Origin: Eledone cirrhosa
Lineage: Eukaryota
Direction of reading: 5' to 3'
Length of the DNA: 64,000 nt
NCBI GenBank assembly: GCA_964016885.1
Contig: OZ024743.1
Location: forward strand, 3,224,001 to 3,288,000
Shown here one piece after another: positions 27,215 through 36,200 of the stretch; positions within the stretch are counted from its first letter, which is position 1; each line of letters opens with the position of its first letter. The notes under the pieces were generated by a model. It ran no database searches. It was not told where the DNA came from and saw nothing but the letters and a program-made list of their open reading frames with translations. A program made the position numbers and the translations under genes.

Positions 27215-30200
27215 CATGCATAAGTGGTGAATTGGCAGGCAAATTTAAGCATCAGACTAAATATATCACTTACATTTTTTCCTCAGCTTTCTTTAACTCT
27301 GACTTCAGCAAACATACGCGTTTACGCTGGTTTTTGCATTCCTCTATAAGTTGACTTGGGGAATAAAATAGAAATGGAATTTTTATTGGATATCTGTAAG
27401 AACTCCTAATTTATTGATATATTTCGGCTATTTACTTAGAATTAATGCAAGACTGGGTGTCCTTGGAGGCTGGTGTGTAAATTTAGATCCCCTAATTCAA
27501 GGCATATGGACATGTTAGATACATTCTACAAGTACACAAAACAAGATCAGTGGCAATGTACTCTCACTTTCAGCAAAGGTCTAAACAATGAGATAATAAA
27601 GCCTTAACATGATTATTCCACCTGCTAAAAACAGCAGCCAAATCTTCTTCAATTGAACCACTGCCATCTTTTTTTTAAAAATGGAGGATACATTGGATGA
27701 TTCAATCCTAGATATACTATACTTAAGAATAAAGACAGGTTAACCATGACAGGAATATCATTGATATGTATGCTTTTCTTGATTGTGACTGACCTGTAAC
27801 TAAACGAGACACAGTGCTTGCTAAAGTTGTGTCTATCTAGCTAAGAGTTATAAAAGCTCCTTTTAGGTCAACAAGGAAAGCCAGGCACACCCCCACAATA
27901 TGTAGAAACCATGCACTTGCCTCAATGTCACCAACACGACCCCTAGCAAGACAAAATACAGTGAGCACCCTAGTGCTGTAATGAGGTGCTACTGGTGCCA
28001 GAACAAAAGCATCCAGTCTACCCAGTAAAGTGGTAGTGCCAGAGTCATGATAAAATGCTCCCAGTACACTCTTTAAAATGGTTGATGCTAGGAAGGGTCT
28101 CTACCTATAGAAATCATGCTTCCAGTACATGGTGTGAAGTGGTTACTGTTAAGAAGGGCATCCAGCTGAAGAAATAAAGCCAAAACAAAGCATAAGAGCA
28201 GGACCTAGTAACCTGACCAATCTTAGCATGTGACAGCCATCTAACCCATGAAAGCATGGAAAATAGATGTTAAACAGTGATGATGATTCTGAACAATAAG
28301 TTCATTTGATACTCAAAAGACAAATTAATTGGGATGGTCTATAGTTTATTCTTTAAAAGATTTGTAAGCTATATATATATATATATATATAGCTTACAAA
28401 TCCCATGTCGATTCAATTTGGATTGCCTCGGAAACATAGCCTTATTATGTAACAAGCTGTCTGACGATGTCGCGAAACTGCCGCACAGAACAGTCATCAT
28501 CATCATCATCATCACCGTTTTACGTCCGTTCTTCCACGCTAGCATGGGTTAGACGGGTTGTCCTGTTGTGGGCAGTGTCTGGTCGGCTGACCATGCCTTG
28601 CTCATACAGGAACTGATCTGGCTTGATTTCTACAGCTGGATGCCCTTCCTAACACCAACCTCATTTACAGTGAGTGCTGGGTGCTTTTTCGTGGCGCCTA
28701 CACGTCCACTTTACAGTGTGGGCTGGGTGCTTTTTTGCCGTGGCACCTCCACGGCCACCTTGCGGTGGGGGATGGGGGGCATATTGTTTATATGCTTCAG
28801 CATGTACCCATGGGAGGTCGGGTACCCTGTATTACTGCGTGACGCCAGAAGTCACGGTCGTGTGTCATTGACTTTGAGAGGTGTAGTTGGGTAAGGTCGG
28901 CTTTTATCACCTCATCCCAAGTCATCTTGGGTCTCCCCACTCCGCGGTTTCCATCAACTTCTAGTGCTCTGCACCTTTTTATGCAGCTGTCATCCTTCAT
29001 ACGCATCACATGTCCATACCAGCGTAACCGTCTCTCCTGCACGCAGCATTTGATTCCTCTTATGCTCAGTCTCTCTCTCAATTCATTTATGCTTTGTCGT
29101 TCACGTATATTACTGTTACACATCCATCGGAGCATGCAGGCTTCGTTTCTCTCTAATCTACGTAAGTCTTCCACCTTCAGCGCCCAGGTCTCACTACCAT
29201 GCAACATCGCTGTTCGGATACACGCATCATACAGTCTGCCTTTCATTCTGAGGGAGAAGCCTTTTGCAGCTAGCAGTGGTAGTAGTTCCCTAAACTTCTT
29301 CCATCCCGTTCTTACCCTAGTTATTGTACTTTCTGAGCACCCACCTCCGTTGCTAATTCGGTCACCTAGGTAGCAGAAGCTGTCTACTGTTTCTACAGGG
29401 CCCTCCCAGAGATTGGTGGTACTTGTTTCCTGTGGCTGTTTGCTTGCTGTTTCAGCACAGCTGCTGCATGTGAATCCTACATTCTTAATTAAGCTTCCTG
29501 AGATCCCGCTACATCTCTTGTGTACCCATTGTTTGCATTTGGGGCAGAGGATGGAGTTCCTACCTACACCTTTCCTACATACTGAGCAAGGCCATTTCCC
29601 TGAGGGGATCTGGGTTCTGTTTTCTCGTCTACTTACAAGGACCTTAGTCTTTGTCATGTTGACTTTGAGGCCCTTTCTCTCTAGTCCCTGCTTCCAGGTT
29701 TGGAATTTATTCTCTAGTTCTACCATAGATTCAGCTATGAGTGCGAGGTCATCAGCATACAGGAGTTCCCATGGGCATCCGGTCTTAAACTCCTCCGTTA
29801 TTGCCTGCAGGACTATGATGAACAGGAGAGGGCTAAGAACAGAGCCCTGGTGGACCCCAACCTGTACGCTAAATTCCTCGCTATACTCATTGCCAATCCT
29901 AACTTTGCTGACTGCTCCCCTATACATGGCTTGTACCGCTTTCACAAGCCATTCATCTACTCCTAGTTTTCTAAGAGCCCACCAGATTACTGCACGTGGA
30001 ACTCTGTCAAAGGCTTTCTCAAGGTCGACAAATGCCAAGTAGAGTGGCTTACTTTTAGCTAGGTACTTTTCCTGTAATTGCCTCACAAGGAAGAGGGCAT
30101 CAGTGGTGCCTTTCCCTGGTACAAACCCAAATTGCATCTCGTCTATATTCACCCGGTCCCTAATCAGCTGTGCTATAACTCTTTCTGTTACTTTCATGAC

Positions 30201-33200
30201 CTGGTCCATCAACTTTATACCTCTATAGTTTCCTCTATCTAGTGCATCGCCTTTACCTTTGTAGCAGTTGACAATGATGCTACTGCACCAATCTTTTGGT
30301 ATGGCCCCCTCTAGTATTACCTGGTTAACGATACGTGTGGTTATAGTGTGACCTACAGACCCAGATGCCTTCAGCATCTCGGCAGCTATACCCGATGGAC
30401 CGGTTGCCTTCCCTATCTTCATATCTCTGATTGCCTTACTTACTACGCTGCCGCTGACTTGTACTGCTGGTCCCTCTATAGGGTCTACGTGGGGTAGGGT
30501 CTCTTCTTCCCATGCATTCTCCTCATTTAGTAATCTATCATAATGACTCTTCCATGCATCTTTCTTCTCAGCACTTGTGAGGGCAAGCTCACTTTTATCA
30601 TTCCGGATACACTTCTCTCCAATGACATCACAACTATCTCTGACACACTGCCTCGCAATCTTGAATACCTCCTGTTTCTGGTCCTCACGTTGTAAAACAT
30701 GCTTGAATTTTCTATCCTCTGCTTCCCTCCTAGCTAAGTATACTTGTCGCCTAGCTTCCCTCTTGGTCTCTATGTAATGTACCCTGCTCCCCCCGTTCTT
30801 CCATTCTTTCCATGCCTGTCTCTTGGCCTTGACTGCTTCATCTACCTTATTGTTCCACCACCAAGTCACTCTCCTCCTGCTTGAGGTCTTACTCCAGCCA
30901 CTAACCTCATCCGTCGCCTCTAGTAAGTTATTTTTTAGGAACTCCCAGTTCTCTTCTACGTTAAATGTCTCTATCTGTTCTTCTTTACTGTCGTAGGCGT
31001 TGAGTAAAATATCTTTAAATCTGTTACTGGTTGAGGGGACTTTCAGCTTCCAGATCTTTCTTCTCCAGGTTGGCCTCTGTTTCAGGGCTCGTCTAGTTCT
31101 GACCGTGAGGTCGCTGACAACTAAGCTATGTTGGGATGTACATTCCTCACTAGGGAAGGCTTTTGTGTTTACGACCGTCCATCTGTCACGTCCTCTGATG
31201 AGGATAAAATCTAACTGACTAGAGTGCTCCCCTGATCTATAGGTGATCAGGTGGTTGTCGGGTTTCTTAAAGTTTGTGTTACATATCGACATGTCATTGG
31301 CGTCGCAGAATTCTAGAAGTCTGAATCCTTCCTCATTCCTTGTGCCAACTCCATGGCCTCCATGTACTCTATTGAAGCCGTCGCAGTGTTTACCTACGTG
31401 TCCGTTAAAATCTCCTGCAATGATTAGGAAGTCCTTGTCGTCTGTTAGAGCAGTAGTGTGTATTAGGGACTCGTAAAACCTTAGGGACTCATAAAACAGT
31501 GTGGCCACTTTCGCCATTGAAATATATATTACAGCATTATTATTAAAAGAGTTGAACATCTGAAACTACTTCGCTTTTCCTTATTCGATAATTATTCCGT
31601 CACTCCTATGTGGAATAAGTACGTTGAGTGCTTGAATTGAATTGCATCAATGTTTACCCTAAGTATATATATATATAGGTTATCTCTCGTATGACAGAGA
31701 GTAGCTAATAAAATGTATACTTGGGGAGAGAAGATAGTTTAGTTAACCCTTTAGCATTTACATTACTTTATATTTGCTATTGTATTTTCCCGGTAAACAC
31801 TTTGACCTCACATAATATAAAATCTACAAGATTTTGATATTTATTTTGAGAACAATACCTTAACATAAATATGTGCAGCAGGTTATGGCCAGTTTAAATG
31901 CTAAAGGGTTAAGAAGCAAATCAGTTAAGGGGGTGGGTCAAAAGATAAACATAGAGAATTAAATAAAATTAAGACTAAAAGGAATGCAGAGAAAAAAACA
32001 CTTACTTTGCAGCCTTGTGCCATATCGTGTAGGCTTTTAAATTTTCTTCAACATTCATCAAGAATGATTGCCTATGTTTGGATGAGGCCTGTTTCAGAAT
32101 TTTTGGAATGTGGACCATTTGAGGAAGTGAGCTTTTCAGTATTGGACATTTAAGATAGACATCTTTAATATTACCTAGAAGCAACAGATACAAAAAAAAA
32201 AGACATGAAAGCATCTGCAATTTATTAAGGATCATGTGAGTTGACCTGACCTTGTAATAGCTAAAAGTGAAATGAATCCCAGTTTCCCCAACTTTTTTTC
32301 TTAACTTATTTCCATAAATAGTAAGGTTCAGTTTGCAGAAATGACATGCCGTGAAACAATCTTTTGGCTATTTTATTATCTTATGGCAGTTAAAAACAGT
32401 GGAAACTCGGTTCACGATCACCTCTCATCATGAACAAATTGTTTCACAAACAATTTTTTTTAACATAAAACATCTCAAGTAACGAAGATGCAAATCAGCA
32501 ACAATGATTGGCAACAAGCATCGAGTATCGGTGGGAAAGATTCACTTGCTGTGTAGTTAGTTACTATGGTGATATCTATCTGTCTTTCACACACAGTCAC
32601 TCTCTTTCCCTCAACATTTCGTATAGGAACAATAGTTTTGGTTTACAAACATTTTGGGTGACAAATGGCCTTCAGGAACGAATTAAGTTCATGAACCGAG
32701 GTTCCACTGTATGTCAAAATAAGAGCTTTGGACTATATTTGTTTGATGTCTTGAATTTCATTGTTGTTATCATTGACTTTGTGTTGACTTTCCCCTGCTA
32801 ACATGGGTTGGGCAGGACCTTTTGAGGTAATGTTTTATGGCCAGATGCTCTTCCTGATACTAACCCTTTTAGGTGCTTCTTACAATATGCAGGGATACAG
32901 AAAATTATAGGATAAAAAGATAGCAATTGGATCACAAAATGCATTTAGAGTTATCAACAGCCAAGATCGTTTCAGATTTAAATTTGAAGGATTGTCAAGT
33001 GCTTTTATATATATATAAAGCATAAATAAAATAGAAGTTATGACTTGCTTAAAAGAGAGAACAGTGAAAAATATGCAGCTATATAATGAAAATAATAGAG
33101 AATTTATTATTACATTGCTTTTTCAGAGTTTTCAACAAAACATATCTGGACAAGTAGAAAAGGAACTGCTCAAACTTATAACCGCCAGGTGACAGGAACA

Positions 33201-36200
33201 GAGATGGGAATATTGTATTAAATCCTGCTTCTTGATCTTCCTGGTGAATAGAAAATGGATAAGTCAAAACCTTAATTTTATTTGGTTAGTTATAATTGAT
33301 TCTCTATTTCCTAATAATTCAAATGTAGACGAATCTTATCTCTCTATCTTTAACATTTAAATTTATGTCAACTGGACTGGAAAAGAATTGAAGTGGGCAT
33401 GCTCCTCTGGATGTGTAATATTAGCATGCACAAACAACAGAGCATGAGTGAGCTAAGAGAAACGCTGAGTATAAGAGGAATCAGATGTAGTGTACAAGAA
33501 GGAAGATTGCATTGGTATGGACACATGATGCATATGTAAGATGAGAGCTGTATAAAGACAGCATGGAATATTGAGGTAGCTATGACATGATCACAGCTTA
33601 AAACACACATAACGAGATATATTATACATAAAAATATTGTATAAGCTTTCTTATACACCTCTATTATGAATCGTGCTATGTCGAGCCTGCACTATATATA
33701 AATGAATATCTCCAGCCAATGTTTTATATGCAAAATGTATATAAGCTATAGCATAGTACCAAGTGAGTAAATGTCACTACTGATGGATAAAAATTCCTGA
33801 AACAAGTATCTAGTATTTTCACAAGGTTACTGAGGTAGCTGTGATATGATCACAGCTTAAAACATCTATAGCAAGATGTATATGTTTATAATGCATAAAC
33901 ATATCATATATGCTTTCATATATATCTACATTAATCATTATCATCATCATCATTTTACATCTATTTTTTTATGCTTGAATGGGTTAGATGGGCTGTCATG
34001 TTCTGAACCCAAGCACATCATGTTCCATGTTCAGCAACTCTGAGCAATCATTGGGAACATAAAAAAAAAACCCACTCAACTTACCTGTGCAATTTTATTT
34101 AGCCAATTGCACAGCTCCTTTCTGAAGCATTGTTCTTCTTTCTTGTCAAAAACTGGCCAAATACCCCTACAAGCAAAAAATATTGTTATAGTTTTGGAGT
34201 AAAAGAAATTGTTAAATGACAACTAATCATGAGTAAAAGGATGAGTTATTACAGCTCACACCAGTGTAGCTTTAGCCAATCTCCTCTAAGGCTACATCAT
34301 GCAGGAGCTTTCTTGGGTGTTTTAATGATAGGGGCCTCAGTCTTAACATGTCACTATTTTTCTTTTGACGGAGGTAGGATTTGAATTCAGAAAACATAAA
34401 TCAAAAGGCATCCCATCCGATGCTCTCACAATTCTGATAATGTAACACCCTGAAGTAGTAATTTTTTTATCAGTCCTGAAAGGATAAAGTTGACTTCAAT
34501 GAGACTGCAAAGAACCCCCCAAAAATATTGCCTATTCACTTTAATCTGAAGCTGTAACACCTTTGCCGATTCATGGCTAGAGTTCTTCGAATTGCCAGTG
34601 AGCTGTAATGTATCTTCCTAAAAACAACATAAAACCATGAGCAAAGCCTAATTATAATTGAGAGAGAGAGAGGGAGAGAGAGAGAGAGAGTTTTGTGATC
34701 ATTTCATGAGGACTGAAACAGTACAGAGGAGTATGACTGGGAGGGAGGGTATATGAGGAGTATGGGTGGGAGGGGGAGTATGAGGAGGAGGAGGAGAATT
34801 CACTGGTGAAGAGATCAAATTATAAGTAAATCAAAATTTAGATCAGAAAAAAGAAAAAGTGAGTTCATACTTAAATCTGGTTTTAACTTCTTCAGGATCA
34901 AGCTTCTCCATTAGAAAATAAAGGATAGGGAGTGCACCTTTGTTGTTGGGCACAGCAAACATATTTCTATTATAATAATAATAAAAAAAATATGTATAAC
35001 CACAAATTGTTTATAAATTTAAGAATAAGGAACACTGTATAAATTCCTATATAAGTTGGCTCCACATTTAATACACAATACTTGACTTGTTATATATATA
35101 TATATAAATTATACTATTTATTTATGTTCATATATGGAACAAAAGCACTACCCAAGGTTTCCAAATTTGGCCATACCTCCAGAAAACAAGAGTCATCAAA
35201 ATAGTGACTTTCTTTAGGAGGTTCACCATTATAATATCTATTTCCACCACTTCTTCCCATGTAGCAGGTATCTTGCACTATGAATACATTGCAGTTTTCT
35301 TATCCAGCTCTCATCACCCTTTCACATCAGAAATTCATATCACTGCAATTTTTTCTCTGATATACATTGCTTGATGCCTAACATGGCACATCCAGCAGAT
35401 GATATTTGAGTGATTTCTCTTCAGCCTTTGCTTCATATAGTTTGCATTTTGCACAGAGAAAGAGAAAAACCAGCTATTGCCAGCAGAGGCAACAGCATCT
35501 TAAGCCCTTTCTATCCCTTAATGCTAGGAAAATTATTTGAAGAAAAAATTTACATGTTTTTAAATATTAAAGAAAGTAAGAAAACAATTAAGCTCCAATT
35601 CTATGGATTTCGATGATTAACAAAGAATTAACAGAATTTTTTAATAAACAGATTAATATCAAAATATGAAAATAAAGTAATTTTGAACTGCAAGTAATTC
35701 AAATAAAATGAATATTTTAGGAGAAAATAAAATATTCTTAAATGTAATAAAAAGCCCAACTCTATGAAGCAAAAGTGAAAATTGAAAAAAAAAAAAGTCA
35801 TACTTACTCATTATATGGTATGTGGTCTTTCTTTTCATGATCATATCGATCAAAGCCTAACAGTAAGATGTTGCGGAAAAATGCCTGGCGCACTTTTTGC
35901 TGCTGTTTCATTACTTTGCTAGTATTATTTACATCCTTTGAAATTAAGAAATGGAATTGTTATGGTTATAGTACTACATATGACACACAGTTATTATCAG
36001 TGTTGAGCAGATTTATACCATGGAAATAGTCGACTGAATAAAATATTCATTAATCCTATAGCATTTAAACCAGCCATATCTGGCCAGAATTCTCTCACCT
36101 CTTTCTGTTCAAACTGGCCATAACTGTCTGCTCATACTAATGTTGAGGTATTGTTCTTAAAATAAATAACATCAAAATTTTGTAGATTGAATATTATGTG

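Noticed and set aside
28461-28500. Self-contained hammerhead with GUC site (CTGACGA..GAAACTG..CAGTC)
   Set aside because: Stem I does not form and the final C belongs to the LINE tail; the cross-insertion fold explains the sequence better
31495-31559. N-terminus of the 920-aa ORF as a true start
   Set aside because: Flanking sequence outside the TSD, in frame by chance with a 5'-truncated LINE
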